This document shows positions 1 to 11,670 of a DNA stretch of 64,000 nucleotides, in pieces. Where the stretch lies: the NCBI GenBank assembly GCA_951406725.2, contig OX597834.1, positions 6,510,001 through 6,574,000 of the forward strand, given 5' to 3'. A program made the translations under genes and the position numbers. This stretch comes from Octopus vulgaris. Taxonomy: Eukaryota. Within the stretch, counting starts at the first letter, position 1. Every line of letters starts with the position of its first letter. The notes beneath the pieces were generated by a model that was given only the letters and a program-made list of their open reading frames with translations, made no database searches and had not been told where the DNA came from.

Positions 1-14
1 TGGTGCCCTGATGG

Positions 15-195
15 TTACTGTATTGAAAGTGTTCTGCGTAGGATGTGTGCAGTGCCTAGTAGTGCAATTTTCTGTATGTTATGTGTGTTTGTAAGTCCTG
101 GTGTTTTTGTTATGCATTTTTCTGAATATTTTTTTATCATGCCTAATGCGCCTGCTATGATAGGAATTGTTTCTGTTTTTAGATTCCACATTCTA

Positions 196-196
<1 letters not shown>
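15..196 (-). mobile_element. 3' fragment of an R4/Dong-type (RLE endonuclease) non-LTR retrotransposon, abutting (TAA)n
   Basis: Translation RMWNLKTETIPIIAGALGMI...IQKIALLGTAHILRRTL is the typical C-terminus of R4/Dong ORFs. The 5' junction runs into a TTA repeat at 197-240; Dong-type elements are known to target TAA repeats. Confidence 0.8.
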
Positions 197-240
<44 letters not shown>

Positions 241-627
241 GTTGTTTGTGTGAGTTTGGATGTGTGTGTGTGTGTGTATCTATGTGTTAATATTTGAATA
301 GGTTTGCTGCCAGAGTTGACTTTGCCTTTTGCCCTTTGAGGTTGATAAAAAAAAGAACAGTTGAACATTGGTCAATATAATCACTTCACACCCACCCTCA
401 AAATTGCTGGCCTTGTGCCAAATTTTGAAACCAAAACTTGCACAGGTCTAAATCTTCATGTTGTTTATGTTGTGTCAATTTTCCTCCTGTAACTTAACAA
501 TACGATAAAGAAACTCATATAAAATACTTCCACACTGAAATAAGTCCTGCAGCCAATGTAATTTGGCAATGCCCCAGCATGGCCACTGTTCACAGGCTAA
601 AACTAGTAAAAGAATAACGAAAGAATC

Positions 628-1023
628 TGGCTGTGTGGTAAGTAGCTTGCTTACCTACCTCATAGTTCCGGGTTCAGTCCCACTGCGTGGCATCTTGGGC
701 AAGTGTCTTCTGCTATAGCCCCGGGCCGACCAATGCCTTGTGAGTGGATTTGGTAGACAGAAACTGAAAGAAGCCCGTCGTATATATGTATATATATATA
801 TATGTATGTATGTGTGTGTATATGTTTGTGTGTCTGTGTTTGTGTTTGACAATCGATGCTGGTATGTTTACTTCCCCGTCACTTAGCGGTTCGGCAAAAG
901 AGACCGATACAATAAGTACTGGGCTTACAAAGAATAAGTTCTGGGGTCGATTTGCTCGACTAAATGCGGTGCTCCAGCATGGCCGCAGTCAAATGACTGA
1001 AACAAGTAAAAGAGTAAAAGAGT
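628..1023 (+). mobile_element. SINE family A (tRNA head, CORE-like segment, internal TA/TG microsatellite, GTAAAAGA tail)
   Basis: A box tggctgtgtgg, B box ggttcagtccc, CORE-like cttgggcaagt and tail gtaaaagagtaaaagag; about 25 homologous copies in the window. Confidence 0.9.
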
Positions 1024-1366
1024 ATTCATAACTGATATGTTGTAATGTGCAATAGTTGGCAATGAGAAATGGTCCTCTCTGTTATCTATCAAGTCATCAC
1101 TCATCACTCATCACTCAAGAGATGTTGCTGTATGTCTGTATCTTTATCACTTATCTTTCACTCGTTTGAGTCATTGGATTGGGGCCATGCTGGAGCACCA
1201 CCTTGAAGGATATTAGTTGAACAAATTGGCCCCAGTATTATTTTATATAAAGCCTAGAACTTATTCTATTGGTGTCTTTTGCTGAACCGCTAAGTTACAG
1301 GGACATCAACATGAGTGATGGGGGACAGACACTGACAAATACACACACTGATATATATATATATAT

Positions 1367-1412
<46 letters not shown>

Positions 1413-1575
1413 TATATACATACTTAATAATTAGGGTTCAGCAATGATTTGCTTCACCACATACCGAAGTTTAGAAATAGCAGCCAAAAAACCTTAGCTA
1501 TTTCTTCTACTTTAAAAAGGGACTCCCAGAAAAACCAAAATACTTGAAAACAATCCACACAGGCACAATCCACAC

Positions 1576-1716
<141 letters not shown>

Positions 1717-1717
1717 T

Positions 1718-2010
1718 TACTGGAGTAAACACATAAATGTGAAACAAGGTGGAAAGAAAGAGTACTCAAATACCAGAGGTAGAGTAATATGCTTTAGTTA
1801 AAAGCAGCAGAAATTTAATAAAAGCTGTTACTCGGAGTTTCACGTTCCTGTTCTATTTTAACAAAACTGTCCGACGAACGGGGACGTGAAACTCCGAGTA
1901 ACAGCTTTTGTTAAATTTCTGCTGCTTTTAAATAAAGCATATTACTCTACCTCTGGTACTTGAGTACTCTTTTCTCCACCTTGTTTCACATTTATGTGTT
2001 TACTCCGGTA
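1718..2010 (+). mobile_element. Palindromic Penelope-type pLTR remnant within (TA)n
   Basis: Arms 1718-1853 and 1876-2010 are near-perfect inverted repeats, flanked on both sides by (TA)n. Hammerhead fold at the centre; second copy at 33065-33225. Confidence 0.75.
1857..1915 (+). ncRNA. Minimal type I hammerhead ribozyme-like motif (U4C core)
   Basis: ctgt-CCGACGA-acg(ggga)cgt-GAAA-ctccgag-TA-acag; stem I extends as tttaacaaaa/ttttgttaaa. Confidence 0.7.
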
Positions 2011-2137
2011 TATATATATATATATATATATCAGTGTGTGTGTTTGTCAGTCTCTGTCCCCCATCACTCATGTTGATGTGTTTATATCCCTGTAACTTAG
2101 CGGTGCAGCAAAAGACACCAATAGAATAATTTCTAGG

Positions 2138-2183
<46 letters not shown>

Positions 2184-3559
2184 GCCTTCTTTCAGTTTCC
2201 CTCTACCAAAACCATTCCCAAGGCTTTAGTAAAAAGACACTTGCCCAAGGTACCATTCAGTTGGACTGAACCCAGAACCATGTAGTTGGGAAGCAAACCT
2301 CTTACCACACAGCCATGATACACAAACACACACACACACACACACACACACATAAATATATATACAGAGAGAGAGACAGTTTTTGAAGTGATGTACAGAT
2401 ATTGTATATTTAGAATAATAAGGCAGTCAGAATGCTGGATGATATCTTTTTATTTATTTACATCTTATTTACATTTTAGCACTTTTTTCCTTTATTGGTT
2501 AAATCAAATATTGGTTTAAAGTTAGATTTTTTGGCCTTTTTATATGTAAAGAATTTTGTAGGGTTTGCCAAGCAAGGGAGAAGAAAGAAGAAATTTTTTT
2601 TGAGAAGGAGGGTGGGCAAAGAGGCATGTTTTTTGTAACCTCAGTGATTATTTTTTCTATTAAAACTTGGTGGTTACTCTATCTGTCTCTAATGCCAAAC
2701 CATCAAATTACATGAATGTAAACAAACCAACACCTACTTTTAAGCAGCGGTGGATAACAACCACAGACTCACACACATAAACTTCTTTCGGGTTCTGTCA
2801 ACCAAATTCAAGTCTTTGGTCATTCCAGAGCTATAGTAGAAAATACTTGCGCACAGTGTCATCATTCAGTGGAATTGAACCTTGATTGACATGGCTGGCA
2901 AGCAAACTTCTTGCCACATAGGCCACACTTGTGACCATTAAATAATTCCTTTATTTTTCTCTGATACTTCTTGTATTAATGCACTCAATGCCAGCATCAA
3001 GTTGGTTCACAATGACTTCGGCAAAGTGCATTTCTAATGATTAATAAAACGTTTTTATTGAGCGCCAGACAAAATCCCCTTCAACAAAACTTTCACTTTT
3101 GTGCAAAAATTTTTTGTAAAGAACTACTTCAAAAATATTCTTAGGAATTTTAATAAAATAAACTTATTAAAACTCCTCAAATCTTGTTAAATTTTTATGA
3201 AATTTTATTGAAACAAAACAAAATTCTAAAAAATTAATTCAGTAAGTTTTTCTTTGATAATATTCTCTAAAATATTTTAATATTCTTCCTTTAAAAAACT
3301 CTTTTGTGCAAGTGTGAGGGTTTTGTTTGTGGGAGGGGTTTTATCATGCGGGAGTTTTGTCACCTTCTTTGTTATGATATATAATGCAGGTATGACAGTA
3401 TTCTGTGAAGTAACGTATTTAATTAAGATTTTATTCTGGACTTTGAACCACTTGATAGAGCAGTTTGTTGTTCTGTTAAATGAAGTATCAATGAGTATTT
3501 CTTACTTTTATGTGAGGCAATGTTGAAATAAATCAATAACAATAACAACCATAGGTAGG

Positions 3560-3648
3560 GATTATTATTATTATTATTATTATTGTTATCGTCGTCATCA
3601 TCATCATCATCGTTATTATTATTATTATCATCATTATTATTATTATTG

Positions 3649-3724
<76 letters not shown>

Positions 3725-3777
3725 AATTATTATTATTATTATTGTTATTATCATTATTATTATTATTATTATTTTTA

Positions 3778-3820
<43 letters not shown>

Positions 3821-3990
3821 CATTATTATTATCATAATTATTATTATCATTATTATTATTATTATTATTATCATTATTATTATTATTATTATTATTACTT
3901 TTATCATTATCATTATTATTATTACTATCATCATCATCATTATTAGTATTACTACTGTTATTATTATTGTTGTTACTATTATTATTGTTA
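3560..3990. repeat. (ATT)n/(ATC)n compound microsatellite
   Basis: Seen directly; the poly-N/D/I ORFs over it are artefacts. Confidence 0.95.
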
Positions 3991-4511
3991 AAGTTGCTGG
4001 AAATACTTAAATCAAAAAAACTCATTCAGTTACAAAGATAATTAATTAACTATCCAGGTGCTTAATGCGAAAATCTTCACTCACACACAGAACTGTTTGT
4101 GTGGGCTTACAAAATGTCTGACATATAACTGTATTAAAAAAAATAACTCACACACATATTGAAGCTATTAATTATTTTTTTCCTTTTCTTCAGAATTTAC
4201 TTATTCTTTGCAAACAATGTCTCAGCTACCTATACTGCTTTTTAATTATTAAGATTCGGTTGGCTTTCTATTAGCTTATCCAAGTGGCAGTCACCTGTAT
4301 GCTACCTCACATTGTTTGGAAGTCATTCATTATTTTAAGATGTTGTCCACAGCCTGTTCCAGATGCAAGAAAGACTAACCCAATCTCCACCAACTTTGCA
4401 AGGTTGCAGAAATGTTAATTTTGAAAGAAGCTGCTGTTACAATCGGAGAAAAGTTTGGATGTGTTTCTTTTTTTCCTTTGGGTGTGTTCGACTGGCTATG
4501 GGAATCCACCA

Positions 4512-4843
4512 TAGGAGTGGCTCTGTGGTAAGTAGCTTGCTTACCAACCTCATGGCTCCGGGTTCAGCCCCACTGCATGGTACCTTGGGTGAGCGTCTTC
4601 TGCTATAGCATCGGGCTGACCAAAGCCTTGTGAGTAGATTTGGTAGATGGAAACTGAAAGAAGCCCGTCATATATATATGTGTACTACACACATTTTTTT
4701 CTCTCCTTGTTTTTTTCTGTGTCCCTTTCTGTACAAGAGTGTAGGCTCAAAACGTAAAAAACCTTTACTACTTCTGAGCGTTATACTAATACATCTGTTT
4801 GTTTTGTACACCACCTGTCTTCGTCTTTTGTTTGTTTCATAAA

Positions 4844-4878
<35 letters not shown>

Positions 4879-5103
4879 CGTGTGTGTATATGTTTGTGTG
4901 TCTCTGTTTGTCCCCCCAACATCGCTTGACAACTGATGCTAGTGTGTTTACATCCCTGTAACTTAGCAGTTCAGCAAAAGAGACCGATGGAATAAGTACT
5001 AGGCTTACAAAGAATAAGTCCTGAGGTCAATTTGCTCAACTAAAAGCGATGCTCAAGCATGGCCACAGTCAAATAACTGAAGCAAGTAAAAGAGTAAAAG
5101 AGG
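4512..5103 (+). mobile_element. SINE A with a nested insertion in its TA tract
   Basis: Head 4512-4670, body resumes about 4880-5103. Confidence 0.85.
4680..4850 (+). mobile_element. Short TA-targeting Penelope-type element with a decayed hammerhead (4726-4760)
   Basis: ttt-ctgtaca-a-gagt(gtag)gctc-aaaa-cgta-aaa parallels the better-preserved motif at 33859-33893; related decayed copy at 63765-63915. Confidence 0.5.
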
Positions 5104-5924
5104 GCCCATAGATAAGAAATGGTTGAGAAACCTTGCTCTAAATCAAGAAGATGCAATGTATGTCATTTTCACCAAAGTTTTAATATCCCTCATTTACTTG
5201 ACTTCATTTTTTGCATCATAAATTCCCAAACCATCATAATGTGCAACAGGATATTGGTGAATTAAGTGTGAACTGTCTTGTTTTAGTCTTGTTGTGACAT
5301 CATTAACTTAGCTCAACATCCAAAAATAGGATCAAAAGTCTTTCCCAAGCCTTAGGCTCATAAGGCTGGTTTCTTGGATTCTTTGGTGGTCCTATTCCAC
5401 CTCTGGCTGGGAGACCAGTCCATCATAGATTACTCATTTCTAGCAGCCACATAAAATGAAGTGTTTTGCTCAAGACCCCAAAACATTGCTCACTCCACAA
5501 TCTTATGATTTTAAGTGCATCACCCTAACCACTATGGCATGTGCTTCCACTTCTCCAACACCACTGATGCTCAATCAGGTGTAAACAACATCAAGATTCT
5601 TCTCTTCATAACATTACACGACCACTAAAACATCATCACACACCTGCAGCTGTACTGTAATGGAAAAACCAATTTTGACCAAACATTACAATGTTTTGAT
5701 TTGAATTTGAAATACAGAACAAGACATTTGTTTACAGACATGTCAAGAATTTCTTCAGTTCTTAACATGATAATCAGCTGATGCTGTTTCTTCAATCATG
5801 TTTTTTTGAACAATATAGTCTTAACTGTCGAGAAAATTAAACAGATGATTATTTTCACCAGCTGTCTTGGTAGTTGAACAATCTTTGCCATACATTTATT
5901 AATTTATCAAATTGAATGTATAGA

Positions 5925-6274
5925 CAATTGCAGCATGGAAGGTGTTTGTAAGCGATTTAAGAAACACACAAAAACGTTAGATTCACTTCAACATTTAAGT
6001 TTAATTTGTGAAAATATTTTTGTCGCTTTAAGACCGCGACCTATTCAATGACAAAAATCTGTGCTGCATCTCACGGATTTTTGTCAGCACGGATGCAGCA
6101 CGGATTTTTCTCAGTGAACAGGTCGCGGTCCTAAAGCGACAAAAATATTTTGACAAATTAAACTTAAATGTTGAAGTGAATCGAAACAGCTTACAAACAC
6201 CTTCCACACTGTAATTGTTTTCGTTTCAGCACACGATCTCAGATCAAGTCACTTGCTATGCAAGTACATCTCCG
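5925..6274 (+). mobile_element. Palindromic Penelope-type insertion with TSD
   Basis: Inverted arms about 5925-6070 and 6092-6217, plus an unpaired 3' tail. TSD tgaatgtataga (5913-5924) / tgaatgtacaga (6275-6286). Confidence 0.8.
6107..6157 (+). ncRNA. Hammerhead-like motif with G3:C8 core variant (G12 decayed to A)
   Basis: tca-GTGAACA-g-gtcgc(ggtcctaaa)gcgac-AAAA-atat-TT-tgacaaa; the two-arm consensus stem I is tttgtca/tgacaaa. Confidence 0.55.
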
Positions 6275-7060
6275 TGAATGTACAGAGTTATTCAGTTTAA
6301 CAGCTAAAAGCATATTGTCAATACGACCTTTGCTCTTCTCTCAGTTTGGTTTCTCTTTATATTCTCTCATCTGCTCTCTCACGCATTATCCATTGTACCC
6401 ATGTAACAGCTAATGATGGGTTATATTTTATTACCTGAGCTTTTTGTACACTATCCAAATGGGATTTATATGCCAAATGACGCTTTAAAAACTGAAGTTT
6501 CCAAAACTATTGCTTTTCTTTCCACTGCTAGATTCTCCAGCAAATTACACATCGCCACAAGACAAAAACATAACTTCTATTTCTTACATAAATATTTCCT
6601 ACAGTTGAATGTTTTATGATCTCATAAGTTTTTAGTGTATCAGCTTCAACTATTTTGCAAAGCCATTGCAGTTAGTTCTTTTGTTCTTCATGCTATTTGC
6701 TTCTGAAATCAACATAGTGAATCAGTATGTTTTTCAATAAAAACTCAGCAAGTCATCTACAGAACTTGAAACTGGTCTTTACGACATAAAAGACTATTCG
6801 CCAAATATGGCCACAGCCATTTTATAGCTTGCTGCTGCTGCTGCTGCAGACACTGGAGCAGGAATTATTAATTACAACATTAGTTTAGGTGATTAACCTT
6901 TCTTTTATACACACATTAATTTCTTTTGTGTACTGGTTGCACATACGAACAGCTCAGAGGAAATGTTACAACATGCTAGCAAAAATCTTTCTTATTTCAG
7001 TTGTTACTGACGATTATGAATTCTTAAAATGTGTCGTCATTTTTACAGACAAGTGGACAA

Positions 7061-7480
7061 GGTGCAAGAGTGGCTATGTGGTAAGTAGCTTGTTTACCAA
7101 CCACATGGTTCCGGGTTCAGTCCCACTGCGTAGCACCTTGGGCAAGTGTCTCCTACTATAGCCTTGGGCTGACCAAAGCCTTCTGAGTGGATTTGGTAGG
7201 TGGAAACTGAAAGAAGCCCATCGTATATATGTTTATATATATATTTGTGTGTGTGCTTGTATGTCTGTGTTTGTCCCCCAACCTCCAACATCGCTTGACA
7301 ACTGATACTGGTGTGTTTACCTCCCCATAACTTGGTGGTTCAGCAAAAGAGACTGATAGAATAAGTACTAGACTTACAAAGAATAAGTCCTGGGGTCGAT
7401 TTGCTTGACTAAAGGCAGTGCTCCAGCATGGCCACAGTCAAATGACAGAAACAAGTAAAAGAGAGAAAAGAGAAAGAGAG
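7061..7480 (+). mobile_element. SINE A, full length
   Basis: Head, body and tail match the family. Confidence 0.9.
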
Positions 7481-7539
7481 AAGGGCTGTTGGAGGTTAAG
7501 TGTTACAGCCATGATCACTATGGAGAACAAGTGAACATA

Positions 7540-7943
7540 TAGGCACAGGTATGACTGTGTGGTAAGAAGCTTGCTTCCCAACCACATGGTTCCAAGTTCA
7601 GTCCCATTGCATGGTTCTTTGAGCAAGTGTCTTTTACTATAAGCCTTGGGTTAACCAAAACTTTGTGAGTGGATTTGGTAGATGGAAACTGAAAGAAACC
7701 TGTCATATATATGTATATATATATATCACTTTACACTTTTACACTTTTACTTGTTTCAGTCATTTGACTGCGGCCATGCTGGAGCACCGCCTTTAGTCGA
7801 GCAAATCGACCCAGGGACTTATTCTTTGTAAGCCCAGTACTTATTCTATCGGTCTCTTTTTGCCGAACCGCTAGGTGACGGGGATGTAAACACACCAGCA
7901 TCGGTTGTCATGCAATGCTAGGGGGACAAACACAGACACACAA

Positions 7944-7976
<33 letters not shown>

Positions 7977-8241
7977 CGTCTACCAAATCCACTCACAAGG
8001 CATTGGTCGGCCCGGGGCTATAGCAGAAGACACTTGCCCAAGATGCCACGCAGTGGGACTGAACCCGGAACCATGTGGTTGGTTAGCAAGCTACTTACCA
8101 CACAGCCACTCCTGCGCCTATATATATATATATGTATAGTATATGTATGTGTGTGTATATGTTTGTGTGTCTGTGTTTGTCCCCTGCAACATCGCTTGAC
8201 AACCGATGCTGGTGTGTTTACATCCCCATAACTTAGCGGTT
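7540..8241. mobile_element. SINE A (+) interrupted in its microsatellite by a younger SINE A (-, 7730-8118)
   Basis: Plus head 7540-7710, minus full copy 7730-8118, plus body resumes 8150-8241. Confidence 0.85.
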
Positions 8242-8598
8242 TGTTTACATATGTTGCTGTTGCATAAAACATGTAGTATATCTGGGCCAGAAAGAGACAT
8301 TAAATGCTAAGGGATTAAACAAGGGAACAGATTAAGCCTGTGACTAAAGACCATACTCTAGACAAGATTATCTTTTAAACCAATAACTTGTTGCCAGTTA
8401 TCTGCTGTAGAAGTTTAGCATAACCATGTCTGAATCATGCGTTGATAAATATAGATTTCTTAAACATGACACAAACTGTCTCATAAGTTTGAAATCTGTA
8501 CAGTTCGTTGGAAGAGATACGTTACAATTTGTCATATCGTAAACCTAAATGCAATTAATTTATTAATGCTACTAACTGATGTGGGTTGATTCTAACAG

Positions 8599-8644
8599 TT
8601 TGTCAGTTGCCAGAACCAATTTAGTAAATAAGAAAAAGTTTGAG
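8599..8644 (+). other. Candidate 46-nt internal exon (LSVARTNLVNKKKFE)
   Basis: TACTAAC branch point at 8570, ttctaacAG acceptor, GAG/GTGAGA donor and one open frame, in unique sequence; protein not recognised. Confidence 0.35.
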
Positions 8645-8839
8645 GTGAGAACAAAGTTATCACCTGACCATACAGCACAAATATTTATAACATGTCCAAG
8701 AGAGTATTGCTTCCAATTGGAATGCAGAATTTACAATAACAGTAGGAAGAAGGGTAGGAGTTTACCTCAGTTCCAGAGACCTGTCTCAAATTCTTACACC
8801 AGAGAAGATTCAGCTAAATGTACCTGAGGGCCTGGTGGT

Positions 8840-8862
8840 GGTTAGGGTTAGGGTTAGGGTTA
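8840..8862 (+). repeat. Short interstitial (TTAGGG)n, about 3.5 units
   Basis: ggttagggttagggttagggtta. Confidence 0.8.
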
Positions 8863-9009
8863 AACTAAGTAAGATATGAGGTCTGTGACCAAAAATCAGT
8901 AATGGTTGCTCTGCTGGATTTCTATAAACCAAATTTAACTCACAAAGCTTTTTTGTTGATACAAAGCTGTGATAAACATCCCTTGGCAAATATACTGTGA
9001 AATGGGGTT

Positions 9010-10385
9010 GTGACCAAAACCTTTGGAAATATGCTGTGCTTGAGAAGACTCGGCAAGCACAAGTGAGACCATAACCTTGTGGCCTATGCCAGGGGTGTAA
9101 CCAGCCCGCTTATGCGTACCTTTCGTTCATTGGACACTAAACTCTTCCAATGAAGACTTGTTGAGGTAAGTGAAATCGAAATCGAAATCAAATTTGATGA
9201 CTGGCATCCGTGCTAGTGGTAGTGGTGATGTAGTAGTAGTAGTGGTGGTGGTGGTGGTGGTGGTGGTTGTAGTGGTTGTGGTTGCGGTGGTGGTGGTGGT
9301 GGTGGTGGTGATAATGGTAGTGGTGATGTAGTAGTAGTAACAGTGGTGGTGGTAGTGGTGGTGGTGGTGGTGGTAGTAGTAGTAGTAGTGGTGATGGTGG
9401 TGGTGGTGGTGGTGTTGGTGGTAGTAGTGGTGGTAGTGGTGGTAGTTGGGGTGATGGTGGTGATGATGTTAGTGGTGATGTAGTAGTTGTAATAGTAGTA
9501 GTAGTAGTAGAAGTAGTGGTGGTTGTGGTGGTGGTGGTGGTGGTGATGATGGTAGTGGTGATGTAGTAGTAGTAGTAGTAGTGGTGGTGGTGGTGGTGGT
9601 GGTTGTAGTGGTTGTGGTTGCGGTGGTGGTGGTGGTGGTGATAATGGTAGTGGTGATGTAGTAGTAGTAACAGTGGTGGTGGTAGTGGTGGTAGTGGTGG
9701 TGGTAGTAGTAGTATTAGTGGTGATGGTGGTGGTGGTGGTGGTGTTGGTGGTAGTAGTGGTGGTAGTGGTGGTAGTTGGGGGTGATGGTGGTGATGATGT
9801 TAGTGGTGATGTAGTAGTTGTAATAGTAGTAGTAGTAGTAGAAGTAGTGGTGGTTGTGGTGGTTGTGGTGGTGGTGGTGGTGGTGATGATGGTAGTGGTG
9901 ATGTAGTAGTAGTAGTAGTAGTGGTGGTGGTGGTGGTGGTGGTGGCGGCGACGGTATAACCTAATGAGTACTATAGGGGTGGGATTGTGGCCAGAGCAAC
10001 AAGCTGGCCTCTGTGCTGATGGTATGTTAAAAACACCATTCGAGCGTGATCGTTACCTGCGTCACATCATTAGCACTTGTGTTGGTGGCACATTCGAGCG
10101 AGGTAGTTGCCAGTGCCGCTGGACTGGCTCCTGTGCAGGTGGCACATAAAAAGCACCATTTGAGCGTGGCTGTTGCCAGTACTGCCTGACTGGCCCTCAT
10201 GCCGGTGGCACGTAAAAGCACCCACTACACTCTCGGAGTGGTTGGCGTTAGGAAGGGTATCGAGCTGTAGAAACTCTGCCAGATCAGATTGGAGTCTGGT
10301 GCAGCGATCTGGTTCGCAAGACCGCAGTCAAATCGTCCAACTCATGCTAGCATGGAAAGTGGACGTTAAACGATGATGATGATGA
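9010..10385 (+). mobile_element. RTE-type LINE 3' end (family C): ORF terminus, repetitive 3' UTR and (GAT)n tail, split by a triplet array
   Basis: DQNLWKYAVLEKTRQ at about 9012-9057 resembles an RTE ORF end. The UTR has repeated ggtggcacNtaaaagcacc units and ttggcgttaggaagggYatc, then the tail gatgatgat. Confidence 0.65.
9214..9966 (+). repeat. (GGT/AGT/GAT)n array with an internal higher-order duplication; left arm of an inverted duplication
   Basis: Diagnostic blocks such as gttggggtgatggtggtgatgatgttagtgg occur twice (about 9445 and 9776); ends in the unique tag ggcggcgacggtataacctaatg. Confidence 0.9.
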
Positions 10386-10389
10386 GGGA

Positions 10390-10805
10390 GGCGGCGAGCT
10401 GGCAGAAATGTTAGCACACTGGGCGAAATGCTTAGTGGTATTTCGTCTGCCGCTACGTTCTGAGTTCAAATTCTGCTGATGTCGACTTTGCCTTTCATCC
10501 TTTTGGGGTCGATAAATTAAGTACCAGTTACACACTGGAGTCGATGTAATTGACTTAATCCGTTTGTCTGTCCTTGTTTGTCCTCTCTGTGTTTAGCCCC
10601 TTGTGAGTAGTAAAGAAACAGGTATTTCATCTGCCGCTACGTTCTGAGTTCAAATTCAGCCGAGGTCGACTTTGCCTTTCATCCTTTCGGGGTCGATAAA
10701 TTAAGTACCAGTTATACACTGGAGTTGACATAATCGATTTAATCCGTCTGTCTGTCCTTGTTTGTCCCCTCTATGTTTATCCCCTTGTGGGTAGTAAAGA
10801 AATAG
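10390..10805 (+). mobile_element. SINE family B (head plus 2 tandem 3' units) inserted in a (GAT)n tail
   Basis: A-box-like tggcagaaa, B box gagttcaaattc and central gcctttcatcctttcggggtcgataaattaagtaccag (resembles the Meta-SINE domain); unit junction at 10621. Confidence 0.85.
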
Positions 10806-11113
10806 ATGATGATGATGATGAATATTGTACTTTTAACTTTTTCAACTGGTCCGACACCATGGTGAAGAAAGGAAAATTATTTGAAGTTAAACAGTTTTAT
10901 GTCTTTTCATTAATGAAGATGAGGGAGGGGTCAAATGTATCAGTAATATTTGGGGAGTGGACTAAGGGTTGGTGTCTGTTAGTTTAAGAACTGCGGTTAT
11001 AAATGATTGAAAAAATAACCTATGCACTGTGTGGCTTAGAAAGACGACCCCCATTGTAGATTGGAATCATGGCTAATAAAAAGAGCTGAAACATCAAACA
11101 GCTTTGCCAGAAA

Positions 11114-11270
11114 CATTAGGTTATACCGTCGCCGCCACCGCCACCACCACCACAACCACCACTACTACTACATCACCACTACCATCATCACCACCACCAC
11201 CACCACCACTACTACTACATCACCACTACCATCATCACCACCACCACCACCACCACAACCACCACTACTT

Positions 11271-11306
<36 letters not shown>

Positions 11307-11670
11307 TTACAACTACTACATCAACACTACCATCATCACCACCATCACCACAACTACCACCACCACCACCACTACTACCACCACCACCACCACCACCACT
11401 ACTACTACCACCACCACCACCACCACCACTACCACCACCACTACCACTACTACTACTACTACATCACCTATACCATTATCACCACCACCACCACCACAAC
11501 CACAGCCACACCACCACCACTACTACTACCACCACCACCACCACCACCACCACCGCTACCACCACCACCACCACTACTACTACTGCATCATCACCACCAT
11601 CACCACAACCGTCATCGCCATCATCATCATCATCGCCACCACCACTGCATCCGCTACCATCACCACCATT
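11114..11670 (-). repeat. Right arm of the inverted duplication of the 9.2-9.97 kb triplet array
   Basis: cattaggttataccgtcgccgcc is the exact reverse complement of 9944-9966, and the diagnostic interruptions also match. Confidence 0.9.

Larger units (their letters stand above)
5560..6620 (-). pseudogene. Highly decayed hAT-type transposase N-terminus (TTF-type zinc finger), split by the 5925-6274 insertion
   Basis: Minus-strand peptide pieces VMF..C..C..FAGESSSGKKSNSFG and FLKRHLAYKSHLDSV, with many frameshifts. Confidence 0.4.

Noticed and set aside
3423-4025. Long low-complexity ORFs (also 11061-11790, 13682-14359, 30686-31555, 58482-59256)
   Set aside because: Translations of microsatellites lacking stop codons; no coding signal.
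8840-8862. True telomere or fusion site
   Set aside because: Only about 3.5 units with no inverted partner; common interstitial motif.
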